Source: a virus
Lineage: Duplodnaviria; Caudoviricetes
Strand: one strand, 5' to 3'
IMG/VR virus record: IMGVR_UViG_2061766007_000342
Coordinates: 160,001-224,000 of that record
Length of the DNA: 64,000 bases
Shown here: positions 40,179 to 48,720 of the stretch, piece after piece
Layout: each line of letters starts with the position of its first letter
How positions within the stretch are numbered: position 1 is the stretch's first letter
Notes under the pieces: generated by a model
Database searches by the model: none
Seen by the model: the letters and a program-made list of their open reading frames with translations, nothing else
Told to the model about the DNA's origin: nothing
Translations under genes and position numbers: made by a program

Positions 40179-41012
40179 ATGATTACAATTCCAAATTCCA
40201 AGTTACATGAATTCAAGAACATGTTCGAGAAATATCGTTTGTATGTGAATTCAATGAACATTTACATGAATGCTATTCGCATGATTAATGGTCATCATCG
40301 TTATTTAAATAAAGAAGACTTTGAGAAGTATTACTTAAACTTTACTGCTGATATTGAATTGGTATCATCACCGATTGAATCGTTCATTCCCGACTATGGG
40401 GAGTTTGAACAGAACGAAACCAAAAAGAGAATTTTCGTTGTCAATCGTGATGTGCCCGAATATGAACGGTTGAACAAACGTATGAACATAGAAGATTTGT
40501 TCAATACACTTCCTGTGACACATGATGTTGTTACGTTATTAAAAGATAAACCGGAGAAGTTTGTTGATATCGTTGATGATGTCTTTATCTACTGGAACGT
40601 CAACAAATATCTGGATATGATCAATCTATTGCGACTGAAGTCGATCTCTGCAATGACTGGTTGTATCGAATACGTTGTACAGAACATCACACTGAATCAG
40701 TGGAAAGATTTCTTAAGTGGTACAAAGAAGATCAATGAAGAGAAATGTGACAAGTACCAGACGGACAATCTATTTGAACCGGATTATCTGTCAACGATTG
40801 ATTATTATAAACAAATTCACATGGAGTTTGACGCATTTGATGTAGAAGAACTAATCGATCGACTGTGTACCAATATTATTATGAAAACAGATATCTATAT
40901 GATTATCGCGGTATATCTGATACTGTCGTTCTCACGTGTGGATATTGATAACAATGCATTTGATGATTCTCCATGTGCAACGTATGTACGAGATGTACTG
41001 AGTAAACTATAA
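40179..41012 (+). CDS. Hypothetical protein (start revised to 40179)
   Basis: GGAGTG SD before ATG ATT ACA. Confidence 0.6.
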   Translation: MITIPNSKLHEFKNMFEKYRLYVNSMNIYMNAIRMINGHHRYLNKEDFEKYYLNFTADIELVSSPIESFIPDYGEFEQNETKKRIFVVNRDVPEYERLNKRMNIEDLFNTLPVTHDVVTLLKDKPEKFVDIVDDVFIYWNVNKYLDMINLLRLKSISAMTGCIEYVVQNITLNQWKDFLSGTKKINEEKCDKYQTDNLFEPDYLSTIDYYKQIHMEFDAFDVEELIDRLCTNIIMKTDIYMIIAVYLILSFSRVDIDNNAFDDSPCATYVRDVLSKL

Positions 41013-41045
41013 TCATTTTAATTGCAGAAGGAGTGTGTATGAGAA

Positions 41046-43337
41046 ATGGGTAAATTGAAAGCAAAGGTTGATACAAACGCCAATGTACAACCGGACGAAC
41101 CAATCAGAAAGCATCGTAAGAAGTACGTCATGAATTCAATCGATGACATCAACGATCGTTGTTCACATGCGAGTACGTTGTCATTGGTTGGTGCTTCCGC
41201 GATGACGTTTCCGGATAAGATATCAACGGTTCGTTCCAACATGGCTGTTAAGCATACATCTCAGTATGTTGTATTAACCAATCCCGAGTTTCCAAAGGTG
41301 TACACCGGTGCAGAGAATGTGTTTGGTGAACGTTCTTCATGGAATATGAAGAATGAACATGCTTGCAGACTTGTGAAAAAGTTTGTCAAGTTTAAGAATG
41401 CACCCATCTCACCGGTTGTATACGTCTTCTTGGACTTGGAAACCAACAAGTACATTTGCAAACTGGTAAACTGTGCAGAGAACTTGATCGAGAAGTATGG
41501 TTTTAGAATGTATGATCGTATCAAGAACAAATACGAAGAAGGTGATGTTGTACCGGCATCACAGCCCGTTGCACAGTCTTCCTCATATGTGAATGGCAAT
41601 TACTGTTCTGGAAGAAATATCAGAATGGCGTACACTGTACTTCCGGAATTAACTGAGGATGCAGTTATCATTTCCGAATCTGCTGCAAAGGAATTGGAAT
41701 ATGACATGGTTGATATCGTCACTGTAAAGCTGAAGAGTGATGCTTATTTGTTAAATAAGTATGGTGATGATAATGTGTACAAACCATTTCCACGTATTGG
41801 TGAATTCATACACAATGATGTATTGTGTTCCATACGTGAGAATTCATTCATGTCATCTGTATCTGAAGCACGTCGTAGTCATATCAATGACAAGAACTAT
41901 TACTCACGTGGGCAGATTGTTGATATCGATGTATTTACCAATGTTGATTTGGAGAATGAAGAAGTCAATGAATACTTGAAAGAGATTACGGAATGGCATC
42001 AAGAAATTTACACATTCTTGTCAACAATTGTTGCCGATCCGTATCAAGATGATACATCATTGATTGATGTATATCATCGCGCGGAAAAGTATCTGTCTAA
42101 TTCCACATGGGTTACAAAGGAATACATTGTTGATACCATTATCCAATTCAAGGTATTAAAGCATGTTCCGATTCATATCGGTCAGAAGATCGTTGGTCGT
42201 TATGGTAACAAATCTGTTGTAACTGCAATCATACCTGATCGTTTGATGCCTCACACAGATGATGGTCGTCCGATACAAATGCTGTGTAATGGTTTAGCAG
42301 TACCAAACCGAATCATTGGATTCCCGACGTATGAAGCAACTATGACATTTATGGAAGAAAGACTTCATCAGCACTTCTTGCGTATGGAAGAGCGTGGTGA
42401 AAGTATGGATTCCATTGTGGCACTGGCTGTGGAATTCTTGTCAACCTTTGAACCACATGAAGGTGGAGAACTTGCACGGTTGTATCGTGAACGTCCAGTT
42501 GATGTCTATAAAGATATTATAAAGAATGGATTATACATTCAAATCATGCCATTGAATGATAAATGTGTTCGCGATGCTTTGGTGGAATGTTACCATAAAT
42601 GGGGAAATACAATCTTCAAGAAGTACAAGCTTCGTACAAAGCTCCGTCATCGTTGGATTGAGATTCCTGGTGAGTATGCCATTGGTTTCCAGTACACATG
42701 GGTATTGAAACAAGAGCCATCGAAAGCAATGTCGGTTGTATCCACATGCAAAACAACGTGGTATGATCAACCGGTCAAGTCTCACTTGTACGGTAAGAAT
42801 CTTCGTCATTATTCTGACAATCCGATCAAGTTTGGTGAATATGATTCATATAACTTCTTAGCTGGTGTTGGTGTAAAGGACTTCTACAAGTTAACAACAT
42901 ACTTCCGTGGTTCTCAATATACACCCAATTCCATCTTGATGAGTCAGTTGGCAAATACACCAATTGACACAACAAAAGCAAATCAATTCCCACAACTTGA
43001 TAATTTCAGAAATGTATTGAAATTCATTGGGTACAAACTCAGTCCCGAGATCTTTAATTACAACTCGGCAGGTGGATTCGACAGATTGTACGATGTCATG
43101 ATGGGTAATGTCAAAGTAAGGATTTCTATTCCAGACTTAAGACATGTATTAATTCTGAATTCGTATTATATGCAATATCAGAATTACATCAATGGCACAA
43201 TCGATATGGACGACTTCTTTACTCAGATCGACGGGACAAATACTTTCGACAACTATCCTGATGGGTACTCTTTACATTGTAAGAAATTATTCCTATCTCT
43301 TCTGCCCGTGTTGCAGCAAATGAAGCAATATCGTTAA
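41046..43337 (+). CDS. rpoB: Phage RNA polymerase beta-like C-terminal subunit (probably non-virion RNAP)
   Basis: RSNM...HTSQ, GRNIRMAY, TEDAVIISES, GQKIVGRYGNKSVV, PIKFGEYD. Confidence 0.9.
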   Translation: MGKLKAKVDTNANVQPDEPIRKHRKKYVMNSIDDINDRCSHASTLSLVGASAMTFPDKISTVRSNMAVKHTSQYVVLTNPEFPKVYTGAENVFGERSSWNMKNEHACRLVKKFVKFKNAPISPVVYVFLDLETNKYICKLVNCAENLIEKYGFRMYDRIKNKYEEGDVVPASQPVAQSSSYVNGNYCSGRNIRMAYTVLPELTEDAVIISESAAKELEYDMVDIVTVKLKSDAYLLNKYGDDNVYKPFPRIGEFIHNDVLCSIRENSFMSSVSEARRSHINDKNYYSRGQIVDIDVFTNVDLENEEVNEYLKEITEWHQEIYTFLSTIVADPYQDDTSLIDVYHRAEKYLSNSTWVTKEYIVDTIIQFKVLKHVPIHIGQKIVGRYGNKSVVTAIIPDRLMPHTDDGRPIQMLCNGLAVPNRIIGFPTYEATMTFMEERLHQHFLRMEERGESMDSIVALAVEFLSTFEPHEGGELARLYRERPVDVYKDIIKNGLYIQIMPLNDKCVRDALVECYHKWGNTIFKKYKLRTKLRHRWIEIPGEYAIGFQYTWVLKQEPSKAMSVVSTCKTTWYDQPVKSHLYGKNLRHYSDNPIKFGEYDSYNFLAGVGVKDFYKLTTYFRGSQYTPNSILMSQLANTPIDTTKANQFPQLDNFRNVLKFIGYKLSPEIFNYNSAGGFDRLYDVMMGNVKVRISIPDLRHVLILNSYYMQYQNYINGTIDMDDFFTQIDGTNTFDNYPDGYSLHCKKLFLSLLPVLQQMKQYR

Positions 43338-43356
43338 TAAGGTATCACATACATTG

Positions 43357-43382
43357 AACTCCCGGGGACATCCCCGGGAGTT
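43357..43382. terminator. Hairpin
   Basis: aactcccgggga-ca-tccccgggagtt. Confidence 0.6.
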
Positions 43383-43452
43383 ACATATAACAAACTTCAT
43401 TAATAAGTGACACATCTTAGTGTCATATTTTTTTATATGAGGGGGTGATGAT

Positions 43453-45636
43453 ATGAGTTATGTTACAACAAATGCACAAAGCAATATCATTTGTTTACCG
43501 GATGCAAATGGCAACAAAGGTTATTATGACTTTGGAACAAAGAATACTTCTTTTTTGCAAACTGCACAAGAATTGAAATCACTTGGTATCAAGCATTGGT
43601 ATTTTCCATTAAAAGTAAAATATCCACAGTTTGGTTTACAAGATATCAATCCACGTGATCCTGACTTAAATGCAGAAACAATTGGTCGTATTCATTTGGA
43701 GTCTAAAGAGAATGTTTGGTATTGGGTTCGAGAAGTTGCACGTATTCCTGCAAAGGGAGCTCCACAACCATTCATGCCAATGTTAACACGTGCATCATGT
43801 TCGATGGTTTGGAATTTTGATCACAACATTGATTTCATGGTGTGTCAACCTCGTCAGACTCATAAGACGACATGGATTAATTTATTATTAACACATGCAT
43901 TTATTTATGATCTGAAGAACGTTGAAATTCCAATGATGCATCTGCAAGATAAAGATGTCACTCGTAACGTTGAAATGTTCCGTGATTATATTATGCAATT
44001 ACCTACATATATGAATCCTTGGAGTGATCGTTTAAAACCACCAGGTGTCAAGTCTATTAAGTATGAAGCACATAAGACATCGATCTATCCATTGTGTCAA
44101 CCCGATTCAGAAGTAACAGCAATGGATAAACTACGTGGTATGACGTTGTTTGCTGCTTTCATTGATGAGTTTGAATATATTAATTACATTTCAAAGATCA
44201 TATCTGGTGCAAAACCTGCAATGGAGTCTGGACGTACGATTGCAAAACAAACTGGTGCGAGATGTTGTATTATGTATGCTTCCACACCGGGTAACTTGGA
44301 AACATCTACCGGTAAGGAAGCACAACGATTGATTGATTCAACACCACGTTGGTCTGAGAAGTATTATGACTTGTCGGATGCTGATGTGGAACGTTTGTTT
44401 GAAAACAATATCGATCAAGATGGTGTCGATCGTACTATGATTCGTCGTTTCTATATTGAGTACAATTATAAGCAGCTTCGTAAAGATGATGCTTGGTTGG
44501 AAAAGCAACATATGGAAGCGGTTGCTTCAGGTGATATGGCAGAGTATAAACGTGGCTTCTTGTTACAAAGATTCCGCGGTTCTGATGGATCATTGTTCAA
44601 ACAAGCAGACATTGATTTCATCAACAATCATGTGCGCGAACCTGATGATGAGATTTTGTTGTTAAACAAATATCATCTGTACTTATATAAACATGATGTT
44701 GTGATGACAGACATCAACTCCGAAACACCATTCTTTGATGTGACAATTCCATACATGATCGGTATTGATATTGCTGGCGGTACGGATGGTGATAACACAA
44801 CATTTGTAGTTGTTCACCCATACACGTTCCAAGTCGTTGCTGAGCTTGCCTCGCCATATATGGGAGCATTGGATTTGATGCGTTGTATCATTGCATTGGC
44901 AAAGCTAATCAAACATCCAGTGTTCTGTCCTGAAACAAATTCTATTGGTAAAGCATTACTGGAATGGATTCAAGATTCTAAGCTGGAGTATATGTTCTAT
45001 TGTGATCCAAAATTGGATATCACCAAGAATGTCACTGAAGATGATGCGAATGATTTGGAGAAAAAATTAAAGAATACAGCATTGCAACGAAAATACATTG
45101 GTACTAATGTTACTCCAAAGATTCGTAATATGATGATGCAATTGTTGAAGCGATATGTCCATGATTATCGACACTTGATCAATACGAAATTGTTGGTAAC
45201 TGATATCAACAACTTGACTGTATTGAAGGGTAAGATTCAAGCTGATAATGGATTTCATGATGACGTGGTAATGGCATATTGTCACATATTATATGTGTTC
45301 ACATTCGGTTATGACTTGACACGGTATGGTATTGATAAAACAAAATGCAAGTTTGAGTTGGCATATCAAGAAGTCAAGGATTATGAAAAAGAAACTGAAC
45401 TGAATCATGTCAATAATATGAAACCATATGGACGCGGTGCATATGGATATGAAGAACAATTGTTACATGACATTGTTAATGTTCAAGAGAATAATGGCTT
45501 TGATAAACAAACCGGTATGGATATGTATGGTTATAAACAGAACCAATACAATCGACAACAAACTGCAAACGAACAAGAGATTGTTCGTATGACACGTGCT
45601 GATTTGGACTTCTTTACATCGGTACAAAACTTTTAA
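43453..45636 (+). CDS. terL: Terminase large subunit
   Basis: ENVWYWVREV, Walker A-like QPRQTHKT, LRG, Walker B FIDEFE, ASTPG, RNase H GIDIAGG, ETNS, HDDVVMA. Confidence 0.88.
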   Translation: MSYVTTNAQSNIICLPDANGNKGYYDFGTKNTSFLQTAQELKSLGIKHWYFPLKVKYPQFGLQDINPRDPDLNAETIGRIHLESKENVWYWVREVARIPAKGAPQPFMPMLTRASCSMVWNFDHNIDFMVCQPRQTHKTTWINLLLTHAFIYDLKNVEIPMMHLQDKDVTRNVEMFRDYIMQLPTYMNPWSDRLKPPGVKSIKYEAHKTSIYPLCQPDSEVTAMDKLRGMTLFAAFIDEFEYINYISKIISGAKPAMESGRTIAKQTGARCCIMYASTPGNLETSTGKEAQRLIDSTPRWSEKYYDLSDADVERLFENNIDQDGVDRTMIRRFYIEYNYKQLRKDDAWLEKQHMEAVASGDMAEYKRGFLLQRFRGSDGSLFKQADIDFINNHVREPDDEILLLNKYHLYLYKHDVVMTDINSETPFFDVTIPYMIGIDIAGGTDGDNTTFVVVHPYTFQVVAELASPYMGALDLMRCIIALAKLIKHPVFCPETNSIGKALLEWIQDSKLEYMFYCDPKLDITKNVTEDDANDLEKKLKNTALQRKYIGTNVTPKIRNMMMQLLKRYVHDYRHLINTKLLVTDINNLTVLKGKIQADNGFHDDVVMAYCHILYVFTFGYDLTRYGIDKTKCKFELAYQEVKDYEKETELNHVNNMKPYGRGAYGYEEQLLHDIVNVQENNGFDKQTGMDMYGYKQNQYNRQQTANEQEIVRMTRADLDFFTSVQNF

Positions 45637-45647
45637 AATGGTAAAAA

Positions 45648-45673
45648 ATATCCCCCGCGTGTGCGGGGGATAA
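45648..45673. terminator. Bidirectional terminator
   Basis: tatcccccgc-gtgt-gcggggata between convergent genes. Confidence 0.7.
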
Positions 45674-45684
45674 TTTACACAGGA

Positions 45685-45918
45685 TTAATCGATATCCGGA
45701 ATTTTACCGATCTCATTCTCGATGAATTCATCGAGTTGATCAGCCGGTATGTCATCTTTGTATGCCTTTTTCATAGCGTCGAGAAACCTCTCCAAGAAAC
45801 CGATGTTTACATAAGTATCCTCGAAGACTTTGATGAATGAGCTGATGCTGCAATGATGTGCATCGGCTATATCACCGATTGTTCGGATTTCTGTGATTTT
45901 GTCAAAATTGTTATTCAT
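45685..45918 (-). CDS. Small stand-alone hypothetical protein
   Basis: AAGGAGGT SD; own promoter-like motif TTTACATATATAATTTATATG at ~45958-45978. Confidence 0.7.
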   Translation of the reverse strand: MNNNFDKITEIRTIGDIADAHHCSISSFIKVFEDTYVNIGFLERFLDAMKKAYKDDIPADQLDEFIENEIGKIPDID

Positions 45919-45995
45919 AATGAAGACCTCCTTGTGAAATGGATGGGTTTATATTATCATATAAATTATATATGTAAATAAAAATAATATTTTAA

Positions 45996-46033
45996 TAGCT
46001 AAGTAGCGGGGCATGAAGCCCCGCCGTTAGCTA
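45996..46033 (-). terminator. Terminator of portal-helicase operon
   Basis: tagctaa..gcggggc-atgaa-gccccgc..ttagcta. Confidence 0.65.
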
Positions 46034-46072
46034 TGTAAAATGGAGGTAAAAAGAAATGGGTACAATGCCACG

Positions 46073-46217
46073 TCCATTTGGGTCGGACATGTCGACATCC
46101 GCCCTATATATCGACATGTCTCTATACCAGAGGAACTTTACGAAGAATGCATCGCACCAAACATTCTTCTCATGTTAGGAAAGCAGGAAAACCTAACATG
46201 GACGCAACCCAAATGGA
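46073..46217. ncRNA. Candidate multi-stem structured RNA in helicase 3' region
   Basis: 11-bp closing stem enclosing 10-, 4-, 8- and 9-bp hairpins. Confidence 0.45.
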
Positions 46218-46238
46218 TTAATTACTTGTGTAATCTAT

Positions 46239-48719
46239 TTAGCAATAAATTGGTGGTAATTGTTTATAATGACCACTTACACCTGGGAATGATTTCAGAA
46301 CAACTCTACGTTTCATGCCCCATTTCTCAAATGCACGTGCATACTTGACATGATCACATATGTCGAAGTAATAGCATTGGAATCCGCGGTCACGTAATCT
46401 ACCAACAATCTGTTCAAAGATGATAGGTGATGATTTCTGATCAAAGTTAACAACTGCACCTAGATTGGAGATATCAACACCAGTTCCACATGACATGGTT
46501 GTTGATAAGATAATGTCGGATTCAAACGCTTTTTGTCGTTCGGCAATTGGCATAGAACCATCAACATGTGCAATAGTATATTCCTTGAAGTATTCTTGTT
46601 TCTTCATCTCCTCTTCAACCATTGCTATGGCATCAAGTAATGGTAATAACAATAATACTTTACCTTGTTCTTTGATCTTTTGTGCAACTTTCACCATGTG
46701 GATGACATTTGCAACGAATGGTTTGCCATTACGATAATCCATCAACATACGATAATATGTTGCTGATATCAAACCTTTCTTACCATATTTGAAATGCTTC
46801 TGACACAACTGTGAAGAAGCATTGTAATGGATATCTTGAAGATATGGAATAATGTATTCGGTTTGATATTCTTCGTACTTCTTGGAACCAACGAAACGTT
46901 CTGCATCCGATAATGCACGATTCAGCACACGGTCTTCTACTTCATCAGAACGACCAAGTGTTGCCGATAAATAGTAATTGTGTTTGATATTACAGATTGC
47001 ATCAAACTTTAATAAACCTTTCAAATGAAGATGTGCTTCATCGACAATACGAATACCAAAGTTCGCTTTGTCCATAACATCCATAAGTCCCTTCCAATCA
47101 TCACGCAATGCATTCTCGATGGAAGAGATTGTTACGACACATAGTTTCTTATCTGGTGCATCATAGATACGAGTTGCAATATCATCTTCATCAATACCGA
47201 GATCAGTAAAGTTTTCAATCCACTGATTCTTTAGGTTGGCTGTTGGTGCAATGATGATAGGTTTCTTCTTTAACAAATATACCGCATACAGAGCCATGAA
47301 TGTATTATGTGTTACAATGTAATCTTCGGTAAGATACAAGTGTTCTGGATTGTCAACCATGATGCATCGGCATTGTTCTCTATGGGATAATTCAATATTT
47401 GTTATACGAAGTTTTGAATAGTCATGTCTACTTGAAGATTTGGTATCATTTACTGCTTCATTTGCAATCAATAATTTTCGTGGATGTGTCATGATTAAAT
47501 TCTTAATAGAATTTGGGATTCTAAAATACAAATTTGCACAAAATCCACTCGTATATTTCTCAACACGTTTATCAATTGCCAATCTGGATGAGTATCCAAA
47601 TGAATATAATAATTGTTGTAAGTCATTTAGTAAATTCAATGATGTTGAACAATATGACACATAATATCCTTTTGATGATATTGAACCATCAGTGTCCATT
47701 AGACCCTGCAACAGCTTTAAACGAACATCAACACTGTTGATCAGATACATATGTGGTATTCTTTTTTCATAAGAGTATGAATCAATAAATTCCGGAAGAT
47801 CTTTGAAAAACTGCTTTTTGTCAATCGGTTTAAGAGTTTTCTTATCATAGAAATCATATGTGTAATTATGTAAAGAGCGTCTACGTACACCGAATCCACA
47901 TATTTCAGCGATTTTATTCGGAACATATTCATCTCCGGAAGAAATCGCAAAACATCTATCTCGTAAACAACCATTACCAATTAAACATCCGAGAACATAA
48001 GGATCAATGGGTACATTGGTATGTGGAAAATTAACCGGATCACATGTTGGAATATAGATTTTTTTATGAGCTATATTCTTGATCAGAGTCTCTGTGGTAA
48101 CAGTTGTCCATTCATTACTATCATCCGTTTTAATTGTCCATAAATGTTCCAAACCACACATCGCGGTTCTTCCATCTTGGAATGTTATTTTATAAACATT
48201 TTTCACGCCTTGTTCAAAGATACCTGTAACATGTGTCATCATACCATCTCGTGAGAATACTGTATCACCAATGTTGAGATCACCCATCTTCACATAACCA
48301 TTTGGCGTAGGAATTAGTGTTGAATATGGTTGTTCCTTACCGACACCGGGTTTCACTTCGATGGTAAGCTTTGGTGATTTACATTTCACCATAGCATCAA
48401 TACAGTCTCTTTGTAATTGTGAACGTGGTTCACGATTCATCTTGATTTCAATTGTTGCTCCTTCACGTGGAGGAATTGTCTTGATGAATTTCTTTAATGG
48501 AATAACGTTCTGATCTTTCATGGTTAAGAATCCGGACGTAATGTACAATACATCATGTTCTTTACCAAAGATGGGCTTCTTATTTATATCTTTACCAACA
48601 TAAATGAAGTATTCACGCACTGGATCTTTCAATGAGAAATAACGTAAAGCTGCACGTTTGACTTCATCGGATGGTTGATGAATAATCAGTCCGGTTGTTG
48701 TTTTTTCAACCTGTTGCAT
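46239..48719 (-). CDS. SF2 (DEAH) helicase containing an intein
   Basis: PGVGK|intein|T, IVDEAH, SATLGRS, CGTGVD, QIVGRLR. Confidence 0.9.
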   Translation of the reverse strand: MQQVEKTTTGLIIHQPSDEVKRAALRYFSLKDPVREYFIYVGKDINKKPIFGKEHDVLYITSGFLTMKDQNVIPLKKFIKTIPPREGATIEIKMNREPRSQLQRDCIDAMVKCKSPKLTIEVKPGVGKEQPYSTLIPTPNGYVKMGDLNIGDTVFSRDGMMTHVTGIFEQGVKNVYKITFQDGRTAMCGLEHLWTIKTDDSNEWTTVTTETLIKNIAHKKIYIPTCDPVNFPHTNVPIDPYVLGCLIGNGCLRDRCFAISSGDEYVPNKIAEICGFGVRRRSLHNYTYDFYDKKTLKPIDKKQFFKDLPEFIDSYSYEKRIPHMYLINSVDVRLKLLQGLMDTDGSISSKGYYVSYCSTSLNLLNDLQQLLYSFGYSSRLAIDKRVEKYTSGFCANLYFRIPNSIKNLIMTHPRKLLIANEAVNDTKSSSRHDYSKLRITNIELSHREQCRCIMVDNPEHLYLTEDYIVTHNTFMALYAVYLLKKKPIIIAPTANLKNQWIENFTDLGIDEDDIATRIYDAPDKKLCVVTISSIENALRDDWKGLMDVMDKANFGIRIVDEAHLHLKGLLKFDAICNIKHNYYLSATLGRSDEVEDRVLNRALSDAERFVGSKKYEEYQTEYIIPYLQDIHYNASSQLCQKHFKYGKKGLISATYYRMLMDYRNGKPFVANVIHMVKVAQKIKEQGKVLLLLPLLDAIAMVEEEMKKQEYFKEYTIAHVDGSMPIAERQKAFESDIILSTTMSCGTGVDISNLGAVVNFDQKSSPIIFEQIVGRLRDRGFQCYYFDICDHVKYARAFEKWGMKRRVVLKSFPGVSGHYKQLPPIYC
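47304..48335 (-). mobile_element. Class-3 intein (344 aa) with LAGLIDADG homing endonuclease
   Basis: Begins EQPYSTLIPTPNG, block B CGLEHLW, LAGLIDADG motifs LGCLIGNG and LQGLMDTDG, block F CRCIMVD, ends VTHN followed by Thr. Confidence 0.92.
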
Positions 48720-48720
48720 A

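Noticed and set aside
43851-43872. Non-Gly residues in conserved motifs (terminase RQTHKT, SbcC GRNRSGKT, GyrB GENSLG, helicase QTTWR) as evidence of systematic editing
   Set aside because: The underlying codon changes share no common pattern; ordinary divergence is simpler.
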